A stretch of 63,989 nucleotides of DNA, the filler included, from Phoronis australis (lineage: Eukaryota; Animalia; Phoronida), in NCBI GenBank assembly GCA_002633005.1. It is 10 parts of 10 records of this genome, joined end to end, with 100 filler letters (N's around TTAATTAATTAA, not from the genome) between each part and the next. Parts side by side here need not be neighbours in the genome. Positions count along the whole stretch, not along the records: positions 48,586 to 50,760 come from NMRA01003811.1; positions 50,861 to 61,633 come from NMRA01000234.1; 8 more parts are not named here. The stretch is one strand, 5' to 3'. The notes below the pieces were generated by a model. That model ran no database searches and was not told where the DNA came from. It worked only from the letters and a program-made list of their open reading frames with translations. This document shows positions 49,808 to 61,633 of the stretch, piece by piece (the stretch's first letter is position 1; every line of letters begins with the position of its first letter). A program made the position numbers and the translations under genes.

Positions 49808-50860
49808 AAAAATTCTTTGTGGTACTAGTCAGTAGAAGACGTGGCAAACAACATGGGGCATTTGATAAAACATACTAATGTAATTAAACAATTTCCATGG
49901 GTAGCAATAAAACGAGATGTTATTTATACTACACGTGAATAAATCTGGAAAAAATCAACAAAAGTATCAACAGTTACCTAACTCCGATAAACGAATTGTT
50001 TTCTTGCCACAATTATAGCATTTACCAAAGCAAATTGAGAGATACCCTGGCATGGATATAAGTGGACAAACACCGCAACGGTTCGTCAATACCGTAAAGA
50101 CTGACGGCTCTTTGAAAATATTTAAATGCTACCAGTGCCTTGAACGATTTGTTTGGGGATGGAAATCGTTTCAACTAAGGCTTCTAGAAACATGTTCAGA
50201 TCCAGTTGGAACGGGTGAGTTACATAGTTTATAACTTGCTTTCCATATAGTGTAAGACGTAACAATTCAAAATTTGAAAAACATGGTGGTGCAAACATGA
50301 AAAATGCACAAAAAAACAAATAGACAATCTAAACAATACTATAACAAAATCACTGACAGAGACCCAGAACTAGTTGAGTGAAGTTTTTAAGTAAAACCAA
50401 GGCCACCATATCCAAACTTTGTTTGAAAATAAATCAACTGGAAAAGGTTGACAGTGGATTTTGAGAACCAGGCAATAACTGAATTTACATTCATTCAATT
50501 ATTCAACGCAGGAAACTGCTTCTCTAAGTTTCAGATTATTCTATTCTGCTAGTACCAAATAGCTTACCTTCTTTTTCTAAGATGACGATGTTGTCCGGTT
50601 CATACGCACTAAAACAAAAACATCATTTTCATTATAACTGCGAAAACAATTACTTGCATACACATGTCAGGAATCGTTTTTGCCATTTTTACGCTGCTCG
50701 TGGCAGGGAGCATGACATCATGTCCCCTAAAGTGAGCAGCGTAAAAATGGCCAGTTGCTGNNNNNNNNNNNNNNNNNNNNNNNNNNNNNNNNNNNNNNNN
50801 NNNNTTAATTAATTAANNNNNNNNNNNNNNNNNNNNNNNNNNNNNNNNNNNNNNNNNNNN

Positions 50861-51060
50861 TACCACCTTCTAGTGTGTCTGATGTTCTTCCTGGAGTAAA
50901 CCTGAGTCAACCTTCCCACACCTCGAATGATGTTGTTCCTACCAATGATGCGGGTCATACTAGCAGCGGTACACTTGACGTGACGGGAGACGTTCCTTTG
51001 CGACGCTCTTCCAGGACCAAACGTCCTCCAACCTACCTTCAGGATTTTGTGGTTGATTAA
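50861..51060 (+). mobile_element. 3' end of an LTR retrotransposon pol (integrase tail)
   Basis: PLRRSSRTKRPPTYLQDFV-stop, the typical RRSxR...P..L.D(F/Y)V ending. Confidence 0.7.
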
Positions 51061-51649
51061 GTGTTATGGTATCCTCCCTGGACTTTGATGGTACCGATCC
51101 TAGTTCAAGTGTATTACATGTATTGTGCTAATTTTTTCTTAGGACTGATAAGTGTTACTTCGAAGGACTTAAAGAGACATTACGCCACTATTGGTTTCCC
51201 GTTTATTATTTTACGCGAGTTATTCGTTTGACTATTTTTGTTAGTCCTTCCGGTTTCGCCATTTGCGATAAATAAACACAAGTATTTTGAGTTCACACAT
51301 TGACTTATTTTACTGGCGCTGTAAGTATCGCGACGTGCGGTGTTGGGGAATAACGCTGCACAACGAAGACGGTTGCAATGACACTGTCAGAGCGAATTCT
51401 GCGCGGCGGTTTTTGAGAAGATCGTGGGATAAAACTAGCTCTTCCACGTTTATTATATAATATAAATTATATTATATGTTTGTGAGTGGTTTAATCTCTG
51501 ACTTAAGAAGAATCTATGATAACACTGATTGTGACAATCTAATGTTGAGTGGAAATACACTAACTGCAAATGAGTTGCAACGGAAACGAAACGTGCTTGG
51601 AGAATTTGTCATCTTACAGTGAATCAAGAAAAAAGTAACGTCTTAGCTT

Positions 51650-52247
51650 ACAAGCGTGATGGTGCTGTCTGATCACGCAAAAAATGTTTACTTAGACGGT
51701 AAATTAATTGTCACCAAACCATGTTTAATATCCAAGTGTTACATTCTCCTGTCGTCTGGAGTAATGCCTGCAACTGCCTTCCGTACATGCTCGAAAGCAT
51801 TAAATTTGAACATAAAACCATGTTTGTCTAAAAGATTCGGAGTGTCTCTGGACAAGAGTTCATAAACATTTCTTCAAACAATTATGCCTAGCGACTAAAC
51901 GAAAAGACCCCAAATGCAAAGGCTATTGGTGAGTGCAGAGGATTGTTGTTGCAATGATCTCGACTTTTCTAAGAGAAGACTGAGTGCCAGGAGCTGTATC
52001 CTATGTTGTGTCATGTCGTCTGCTTCATGTTGGCAATCATTAGGTTTCTGGCTACGCTTCTTTACAAAGTTTTACACGGTTACTTATGCTCTTTCTGTGT
52101 AAATTCTTCTATACCTCTCTGTAAATAATTCTCTACAAATGTATTTTGATCGGTATCACCTGTGCTAATGTTTTCCTTTGCTGCATCTACCCACGTCGAT
52201 TTAAAATAAATGTTTTACTTACTTACTTGCTTGCTTACTCTACTTAC
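51650..52247 (+). mobile_element. Decayed LINE 3' end
   Basis: AATAAA followed by a (TTAC)n tail at ~52215-52247; degenerate coding-like sequence upstream. Confidence 0.4.
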
Positions 52248-53666
52248 GAGACCGCTTGAGGGGAAGTCCCGTCCACGGACCGCTTACCCTAGAACAACTT
52301 CCGCAAGTGCGACTTACAGATATCCATTTCAGTGTAAAGATATGTTACAGAAACAATATGAGGACGACTGCAGTCACAACTGCAAGGTGGCCCAAAGATG
52401 ACATCGCGTGTTTCTCTGGAACGTTTGTTTTTTGTTGTGTTTTTTGTTTTTTTTTTGTCCTTCACCCTTAGCTGCCACGGGCCGCGGGTCTGTGGGTCCT
52501 CCTGTCCACTCCCTCTAGACTCCCCTGACCATGCATTCAATTTAGTTTGCAACGTGTATTTATTCAAACTACTTCGAGTAGTCGTTGTGGAAACAACAAT
52601 TTATTAGTTTAGACCGGTGAGCATTTGAAAACAGACTATGTTGATAGAATTGAGATCCCGAGATAGTTAAAAAAAGAATTGCGCGATGTCATCTTTTAGG
52701 CCACCGTACAACTGGGCATATTCCGTAAAAAATGTTTCTGTGTATTTGTTTTGATCGAAATTTCGTCAAAGACTAATTGATTGAGGAGTTCAAAATTGGA
52801 ACCCTGTTAATAAATTTTCGAGTTAATGTCAATTTTATTGTAGGCTACTATCAAAATGGAACTGCTCTGTGAAAAGACGCCTCTGCTGCACTGTTAAGAT
52901 CCCTGGGGAAATATTCACTCTCTTAAGATGCTCAGTGCACAAGCTTTTGAGGGCTTGCAGGTCTACTCGAGAGGGAAAGAATTCGTGAAGTTTGTTGCTC
53001 AATCTGTACCACTGATCTCGTTGACAGCTTCGTGTAATATGTCATTGCCTTCTCCTGGGTGACATGCGCAGAAATATTAGGTGACGAAAATGATAGACGG
53101 TGCAAAAGGAGTTAGCCTATTTCAAAGTCATTACCCTTGAGTTCAAAAAGCCTGGCGAACTATATGTCGAGAGCAACAGCTCTAAGAGCTGAGCTTTTGC
53201 CATTGTAAACTTGTATGTATTATATCAGGCCAAAGCTTACGTACAATAAACATTTCTGTTTTTTTTCTAATCCTGATTTATTCAATAATCTGTGGAAACA
53301 GCGGTTACAGTTTTCTTTCCAGCAATTAAGTTAAATTTACGTATTATAGTTAATTTTTTAAAGAAGAGAAGGAAATGAATATATTAAAAAATCCCGTGTG
53401 TACCGATACGCATAAAAATTCAACACGGTAAATCTCATTAATTCACTAAGTACTTCTATTTCCAGAGGTAGTTATAGCATGAGCGAACGATAGCCCATTC
53501 AAATCCACTCATTTAATTGGATGATCGCTGCAGTCCATCCAGTGCGGCATGGCCATTTTGCATGAGAAGCCTTCATGAATGTGTGTTGTCGTATCCCAAA
53601 GCACAACTATTTGACTCCACTTGAATGGCATTGATCCCATGGCACTGTAAAGATCGATATCTCCAG

Positions 53667-54317
53667 CTATAGCTTCTGTATGTGGTACATCATTCCAGGT
53701 TCTCCGTACAAATATCGCTCTACCTGTGTACTCTCAATCAACTTCATCTTTTCGTCATTTTCAAGTTTCTGATACAGATTCATGCATGCTGTGGGAGAGT
53801 GGGATCCTTCATTTATTTTCATCACAATGACAATATCGCCACCTTTCTTAACGACTCTCAAAAACTCCAAGATAGAGTCAATAGGCATGGCACATGGACC
53901 AATGGCACCAGAGATCACTGCTGCATCATATGATGCACTGTCGATCTCCGGAGTAGGTGCAGACGAAACGGGATAACAATAAATGTTTTTGTAGAGACCC
54001 TTCGGTCTAGCTTTATCCAACATCTCTTTACACGGGTCGACAGCATCCATATTGTTAAATCCAGACTTACGAAGTCCTTCCGCCACCCTGCCCGTTCCAG
54101 CACCAAAGTCTATAATACGAGCAGTTTTATTCTCCCCGAGCACTTCTGCCAGTTTTTTCGCGGCGAAGATTGGCGATTGAAATTCTGCATCGACTGTATC
54201 TTCATCATATGTGTTAGACCAGGCGGCATACGTAGTCGTACCGTCTTTATAAGCTTCTTCTACAATATGTCTAACATGAGCGAATCGCTCTTCTCTCGTC
54301 CGGCTAACTTTGTCCAT
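53667..54317 (-). CDS. Class I SAM-dependent methyltransferase, METTL27/WBSCR27-like, intronless
   Basis: Intact 216-aa ORF from ATG 54317, with YAAWSNTYDED, motif I IIDFGAGTG, DAVDPCKEML and LRVVKKGG. TATA-like TATAATA ~45 bp upstream. Confidence 0.88.
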   Translation of the reverse strand: MDKVSRTREERFAHVRHIVEEAYKDGTTTYAAWSNTYDEDTVDAEFQSPIFAAKKLAEVLGENKTARIIDFGAGTGRVAEGLRKSGFNNMDAVDPCKEMLDKARPKGLYKNIYCYPVSSAPTPEIDSASYDAAVISGAIGPCAMPIDSILEFLRVVKKGGDIVIVMKINEGSHSPTACMNLYQKLENDEKMKLIESTQVERYLYGEPGMMYHIQKL

Positions 54318-55149
54318 GACACACCTCACAGCCCTGTATCTGCTGGGGACAAGTTGCTATTATAGTCGGCTCGTACCTACACTTGAAGTTACGTCACCGT
54401 GGGGTTAGTCTAGGATAAGGTGAACGTTTACCTGGGAGTAGGTCATTATAGTACTTGTTTACAAAGACTCCCTTTGTATCGGTCGGAATATGGTTCAGAG
54501 CAGTGGTCAGTAGAGATGATTTCAAAACATCATGCGTGAGTCACGCACGGTCTGCCATCGAAGCCACTCTGTCTAATCCCTACAGAGAGAACTCACTCTT
54601 CAACACTAGGCTCTGTGGAATCGGAAAAGCGGAGTTCTCTGTTTGCAAAGTATGTTGAAAAATAAAACAGAGTTTTATTTCCTTTCAAAGTATCCCAGAT
54701 ATTCCATAAAACTGGAAAAGTTCAAAGCGAAGGGACCATTTTAGCAACATGGGATGTTGTTTTTTTATTTTTGATCGAATAGCCTATGTGGTGATGTTGA
54801 TAGTTTAGTCCTCAGGCCCGTAGGCCAGCATCAATGCGCGGGCGATGGTCCGAATTTCTAAAACGGCAGCCCTTTGATATTTTACAAACGCCTAGATATA
54901 GAGTTTTCGGTAAGGCCCTTGACGCAGCTTTATTAGAGGGATGGCCGGGAAATCTGCTCAGTGTTCCCGAGATGAGACGGAATTCGTAATACCATAAATG
55001 AGGATGCCTTATCGGTTGCTCGCGTTACCCCCTGCCAAACTTTCACAACCAGACGTGCTCAAATGAGCGATTGCATCTTGACATACTCGGACGGAAATAT
55101 TTGATCGGAGAATGACTTGCAAATTTTTATGAGGTTGTATTTCGCATGT

Positions 55150-55940
55150 TACTTAAATTGTTTACATCGCGGAAAATGGGAACAGCCCACTATTCCGAAG
55201 GTTCACTACTTTGAAGGTTTATATTCCGAAGGTTCACTACTCCAAAAATATCTAAAATTTTGGACTCAGGTGTAATTTTTTACTTTAACATGCAAAAAAT
55301 TAACGATAGTTCGGTTGATGTACCTGAAACAACTCCCGGATTTTATGCGCATGCGAAATCGCCCGCATGTCTTACGAATATGGAAAATGAGTACGTAGAC
55401 CTACTTGCATTTGTAAAAGACTATGAAGTAGGAATATCGATGAAATATCAAAAACGATACGTGATCAAATCCATGAAAAGCTTAGGGCCACTGCGCCTCG
55501 ACCTCACCCAACGTAACCACGCGGGGCACAGCGGTGTCGAAACTAAATGCTGTTATAGTAGGTTACCGTCCCTGCCAGTCTTCACGAAGTCCAAAAAGTC
55601 ACATTCAGTCTGGTCGACGCTGCAACCCTGACCCGATACGTTGAGAACGAGCCGTTAGTTAGATTCAAGAATCACGATTAACAATGATTGGGAACTGAGC
55701 TCTGTGTAAACAATGTAATCAAAGTCTTAAGAACTATTCAACTTTTGCAAACCCTTTAATGGTTACTAAATGGACTCAAATGCAATACATCTTTTTCATG
55801 TCAGTTCCGATTTATTAGCAGAGTCAGAGAACTGAACTGTCGGAGTTCTGGTTTCGGGATTGCGGACATTCGAAGTAGTGAACTTCCGAAGGTAGCGAAC
55901 CTTTGGAATAGTGAACCTTCGGAATAGTGACATGTAATCT
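55150..55940. mobile_element. Non-autonomous DNA transposon with subterminal repeat arrays (CMC/EnSpm-like)
   Basis: CACTATTCCGAAGGTT repeats at 55188-55243, mirrored by AACCTTCGGAATAGTG repeats at 55870-55930. Exact ends uncertain. Confidence 0.6.
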
Positions 55941-56198
55941 TGGAAATATTTGCCATCAAGTTGGGTGCTCGCATGAAGTCTGTGAGGTTGTGCATTATTG
56001 GCACTGATTGACCGTAAAAGAGAAGACTTTCTTTATTGACAAAAGTTTTTATTAGGTCTAGACCTACTTTTCCCAATAAGAATGTGAACATAGTCGTCGG
56101 GGTTTTCTCAGGCCCGCAGGAAGGCAAAAACGGGGTGCACAAACCATTTCGACTTCGCCAAACTATCCCCCCCATCACCACCACCTCCGCCACCCCCC

Positions 56199-56453
56199 NN
56201 NNNNNNNNNNNNNNNNNNNNNNNNNNNNNNNNNNNNNNNNNNNNNNNNNNNNNNNNNNNNNNNNNNNNNNNNNNNNNNNNNNNNNNNNNNNNNNNNNNNN
56301 NNNNNNNNNNNNNNNNNNNNNNNNNNNNNNNNNNNNNNNNNNNNNNNNNNNNNNNNNNNNNNNNNNNNNNNNNNNNNNNNNNNNNNNNNNNNNNNNNNNN
56401 NNNNNNNNNNNNNNNNNNNNNNNNNNNNNNNNNNNNNNNNNNNNNNNNNNNNN
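56199..56453. other. Assembly gap (255 N, no linker)
   Basis: Run of N. Confidence 0.98.
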
Positions 56454-56728
56454 ATCCCGAAGTCCCTAGTATAGTGTTTCCTACGACCCTGCACGGTAGC
56501 TAAATGTCTGTCTTTTCAGCAACGACGGAGGACTGCCTATAGTGAACTTACCGTCGGCGTGTAGTGAATTTAAAAGAATGGTAACGCACACGCACAGACG
56601 TGTACACGCATGCATGTCAATCCACGTTCAAAGTAGACACTGGATGAACAACACATCTGACAATCGCTTTCAATTCGAAATTTGAAAATGCCTGCACTTT
56701 CCATAATCTGCCTGCAAGTATACCAACA

Positions 56729-57648
56729 CAGTGGCAGATCTAGGATATCACAAGGGGAGGGGCAAAATTTTGTCAGGCTGTAAGCATTTGCGCAAACCAC
56801 GATTGCAGCAGCGCATAGCACCGAATGGGGGGAGGTCGGGAGGGGGGCTCCCCTCCCGCCCAGGAAATTTTTCTGTTTTTTCCTCTAAAAATCAAGCATT
56901 TTCCTTGATTCCTGAAGTATTTTCCACGAAAAAAGGCAAAAAAAAAAACAAAAACACGGAGAACGCGTTAAACAGGAAAAACTGCAAAGAGCACAGACTC
57001 GAACTCACGACCTGGCGGATAAAGCGAACGTGCTTTACCACTACACCACCACAACATAACTTCTATTCTCATAAAAAGAGACCTACTTCTTTATGGTCCA
57101 CAGCGTTTGCGCGCGAAACCTACTTCTTTTTGTAATGTTTATTACACGTTTTATATTTTGTGCAATCGGTTATATTAACAAATTTGTTGTATTTAAAATA
57201 GTCTTCAAGTGCCCAAAAGACCAAATCCGTTTTTCGTGTTGGCAATAATGACGGGATTGCTTTGGAAATCCTCTTAAGTTAAGGCTTGAGAAAGAGAGAA
57301 TTATGGGTTTCTGAGTGATTCACTAAGGCTTCGATTAAAATTCACATCTTACCAGCAGCTTCTGTTTTTTCATCGTCACTCAGGTTCCATTTTCTTTAAA
57401 AAATGAAGTAAATTTTCTTCATTGCACAGTGGAGCAGACGACGGAAACGGATTCGTAGAGCGCAGCGCCACTGCCGGTCGCCTGGGATATCGCAGGAGAG
57501 CCTAGTATACTACGCCATAGTTCCGTTACGAATGCTCCGTGTTCCGAATTTGACGCTTGAAATTGGATCTGAGCCCCCCCCCCAACATTTCCCTACGCTC
57601 TTGCTGAATGGGGGGGGGGGGNCCTCGCCCCCCCTAAATACGCCTATG
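56729..57648. mobile_element. hAT5-like MITE containing a tRNA-like segment
   Basis: Imperfect TIR CAGTGGCAGATCTAGG / CCTAAATACGCCTATG and 5-bp TSD CAACA. Minus-strand TGGTGTAGTGG...GTTCGAGTC at ~56990-57050. Confidence 0.7.
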
Positions 57649-58363
57649 CAACATAGTAAATACCAAACCTACTTTCTGCTGTTTTGTTTCTTGGTCGATT
57701 TTAAGGCATTCACACCGCACAACTTTTGGGATCTCTCGCTGTTATATAGCCTAGTTAGGTATAGACATACTTCTTCTAAACTCCCATTTACCCTATGTTC
57801 AATTGCAGCCACCATGGGCGTTCAATGCCGATGAATAACATAAAGCTTCTTCTAATCGTCTGCACGGTCCTGTCCTCTACGCAAACATTAGGGCGAAGTT
57901 GGCCGTGTACGTGAAGCGCTTGAAACAAATTCTACCTTAGTTATCATTGTAGCTAGTATTACCAGTAGATGCAAAATTTTGTTGCTGTTTCCATCTATAT
58001 CCTATCCTATAGGCTGGGGGTGAACGTTTCTGCGGGGGCGGGTTCGATCTAACGCCCCCCCTCTCACTCCCGAAGCCCCTGGTTACGGGTCTAGATTCCT
58101 AGTGTACATACCTAGCAGCATAGGCTCAACTGGGGTGTTGATTTCATTCAAAAGTCCAATTGCTGTGTATTTTGATATAAAAAATACGTGTTTTATTACA
58201 AACTAATTTAATTTTCTGAAACACTCGCAGATGACCAATATAGCTTAAATACTAAAGTTTGAATTATTCCGAATTGCTATCTTAGCCACAACAAAACAGT
58301 TTATTACTAGAAATTCAGAGCGTACATCCGTCACTTACGTCCCTCACACTTACTAACTTACAT

Positions 58364-59574
58364 CGAGATGTCTGACAAAAATTTGTTAGAAGATATCAAA
58401 AAATTAGCGTGTTGTACTTCACAAGCATTCTACTAAATCATCAAACAAAAATATGTACGTTTTTACAATTCACTGAAAATTAATGCTAACTGTTTTTCGA
58501 AAATCCAAATTCTCTGCTTACGTCCGTCACACTCCTTTAAAGACAGTCAGGCAAAAAAAGATAAGACAAAATTTGATACATGCATTGAAAGCTACCAATG
58601 AGACCTAACAATTGATGTATTAAATATTTTCTTAAGATGAATATTTTTCACGGTTGACCACAAGGTTCCTTTATTGTACTTCGGTACGTCACAAAATAAA
58701 TAGAATTGCCATGTCTTGGCGACCATGGTCTCGAGAGACTTACAAACTATCAGTTTGCAAGAGTAATTTCACTTCTCATCTGAGTATAAACTCCGCTTTT
58801 TACCATAGACTTTTTCATTAAAATGGTTTAATAAAGTGACTCGCCTTAAACTACCCCTTAATTGTTGAAGCACGCGCACAAGCGACTCACACAGTATTTG
58901 ACTTCAACGCTATCTACATATCAACGCAATGGGTGCGCGCAAAGTGGGAATANGCCCCCTGGGCCCCCCCCTAAATCCGCCTATGCGAGATGTCTGACAA
59001 AAATTTGTTAGAAGATATCAAAAAATTAGCGTGTTGTACTTCACAAGCATTCTACTAAATCATCAAACAAAAATATGTACGTTTTTACAATTCACTGAAA
59101 ATTAATGCTAACTGTTTTCCGAAAATCCAAATTCTCTGCTTACGTCCGTCACACTCCTTTAAAGACAGTCAGGCAAAAAAAGATAAGACAAAATTTGATA
59201 CATGCATTGAAAGCTACCAATGAGACCTAACAACTGATGTATTAAATATTTTCCTAAGATGAATATTTTTCACGGTTGACCACAAGGTTCCTTTATTGTA
59301 CTTCGGTACGTCACAAAATAAATAGAATTGCCATGTCTTGGCGACCATGGTCTCGAGAGACTTACAAACTATCAGTTTGCAAGAGTAATTTCACTTCTTA
59401 TCTGAGTATAAACTCCGATTTTTACCATAGACTTTTTCATTAAAATGGTTTAATAAAGTGACTCGCCTTAAACTACCCCTTAATTGTTGAAGCACGCGCA
59501 CAAGCGACTCACACAGTATTTGACTTCAACGCTATCTACATATCAACGCAATGGGTGCGCGCAAAGTGGGAATA
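58364..59574. repeat. 589-bp near-identical direct duplication across a single N (likely uncollapsed haplotypes)
   Basis: 58364-58952 and 58986-59574 differ at ~5 positions; separated by N plus a MITE terminus CCCCCCTAAATCCGCCTATG. Confidence 0.85.
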
Positions 59575-61310
59575 GTACATTAGAGTCAACACTTACAAAG
59601 CACAATTCACCATTGATGTATTTCATATAACAATCAAACTGGAACCATTTTGTGGAATAACGACCCGATGACATAATTTTTTCTCGGTTGACCAGAAACT
59701 CTGCAATTATTTTTGGAATAGCCAAACATCTCATGACCCTTCCTGTTAATGCCTTCCTGATGTTAGTCGTCTCCGGAACTGGTCATGAGGTAAAACTTTT
59801 ATCTATTCTCCGGTCAACAGTAGGTCTACGTCGGATGTCTGATATTGTCTCAAGTTACCAACACGCGTGTGTTCATCAGATGGCATAGCTGAGGATTTTG
59901 TCTCCCAAACGCGGTTGAGCTATAACCCATTGGTCTGGAAAAAACATTGACTTGTGCACAACATCACTTATCAGAGTATTTGTTAATACCTCCAAAGAAT
60001 AGTCCATGTTCAGTTGCGATATCAAAGAGTGATACGGTCTCGATATGGTCATGCCAGCACTTTTTTACAATATTTTTTTCAGCTAATATTTTCTGATCCT
60101 ACACTTTGGGTTTGATTTCAACTTTAAGTTGACAACCAAAGATTTGTTGCTTATTGCCTCTTACTGTTTCCTAGTTGCACCATTACCAAAAATGTAGTAT
60201 ACAGTGCAGTATCTTTGCAACTGCCTACAGTATGTATTAATGTGGTATTTTTGGTTGTCGTTAAAACATGTTTCCCACATTTTTATTGAATGTGTGACGA
60301 AATTGTACATTGCATGATATTCACATAAGACAATGATTCTTATGTGTGAGCTCGGGCCTTAGTGGCTGTCCCTTATATAATTTTTTTTTTCTGACTTTGT
60401 GTTTCTCAGAACGTTGATTTTGTGGACAACTCCATACCAAATTGTCTGTCTGGATATATTTACACGTCACTGATTTTGTGTGGTATTTCTGTTCGGTCAT
60501 GTTATTGACACCTCTCAGTCACTATAATATTGATTTTAATTTCTAGGCACTTGTTCTGTTCTCTGTCAGTCAGGTGCAGAATCTACAACTACATGTGATT
60601 ATTGTTGTGGGTTTCAGAATGATTCCCCATATCATTAATTAGTTATTACTGTTTTAGCTTGCCCGTGAAAAAATCACGTTGAGCACTATCTGTCACCATA
60701 ATTTAGTTTATAATGAGTATCAAGTTGAAATAATCCCAATGAAAACTGGTGTTTCAATCTGTGAGAAAGTTTACTTCAATTCAGAAGACACCACCGAACA
60801 CATGAGCTGATCAGCCTATAGTGGTAAGAACTCATAGCCTTTTATCAATTCTAAAACGTGTTACAGCTAAGTTATCCATAGTGAGATATCTTCAATACAT
60901 CTTTTTGTGTTTTCTTCAGCGAATTTGAGTGTTCAAACTCTTATTTTTAACCTTCTTTTGTCCGTTACTATTGGTCATATCTCCGCTGTACATATCTTTA
61001 GGTCAATCATTATCTATGTGTTTTGTATTCACTTGCAACAGAACTAACTGGTTTCCCAAGATTGAATTTATATGTTGTGCTTTTCAACTAAGTTGCTATT
61101 TATGTACCTATAAGCGAGCCTATGATATAATTTTGTTTTTTAAAAATGACTCCCCTAGTTGACCAGACTACCTTATTCATTTAACAACGCTTGAATTTTC
61201 AACAAGCATTGGTGTATTTATTGTTAAATACGGCTATCCTTTGAGTTCCTCGGGTAGTGTGAGTTTCTCTGGTCTTACAATGTTTTCCCCCTCATGGTCA
61301 CCGGCGTCGA

Positions 61311-61633
61311 ATGAGATATCACGCTATGCGGGTTCAGCTTACTGATGTGTCTTACTATTGTTTAAATAACACCTGTATGGATTACGGAATCGTTATTGGC
61401 ATGTGCCTCCTTTTAGCTGGCGATGATGAAGAAAATCCTGGGCCTGAAGACAATACTACCTTTAAAATCTTATTTTCAAATATTAACAGTATTAAATCCA
61501 ACAATTTCTCCAGATTCCAACTTCTAAAAAACTTTGTTCTGTCTTACGATTATATGATTGTCGCTCTTTGTGAAACTTGTAATGTTACCAAAGACGACCT
61601 TGATAATGAACTAATCATTCCTGGTTACAGTGT
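61311..61633 (+). mobile_element. Non-LTR retrotransposon ORF2 N-terminus: 2A-like peptide plus APE endonuclease start
   Basis: LLLAGDDEENPGP (61407-61445) followed by FKILFSNINSI...IVALCET...IPGY; cut by a gap. Confidence 0.85.

Noticed and set aside
53667-54317. Bacterial contamination or recent HGT of the methyltransferase
   Set aside because: The flanks are eukaryotic repeats, composition matches the host, and the motifs fit the animal METTL27-like family.
56036-56503. ORFs spanning N runs (also 22934-23296, 28912-29268, 50582-50812)
   Set aside because: Their length is an artefact of translating through gaps.
59540-60060. Minus-strand exon or gene fragment
   Set aside because: Coding-like, but with stops in the frames I translated and no recognisable family.
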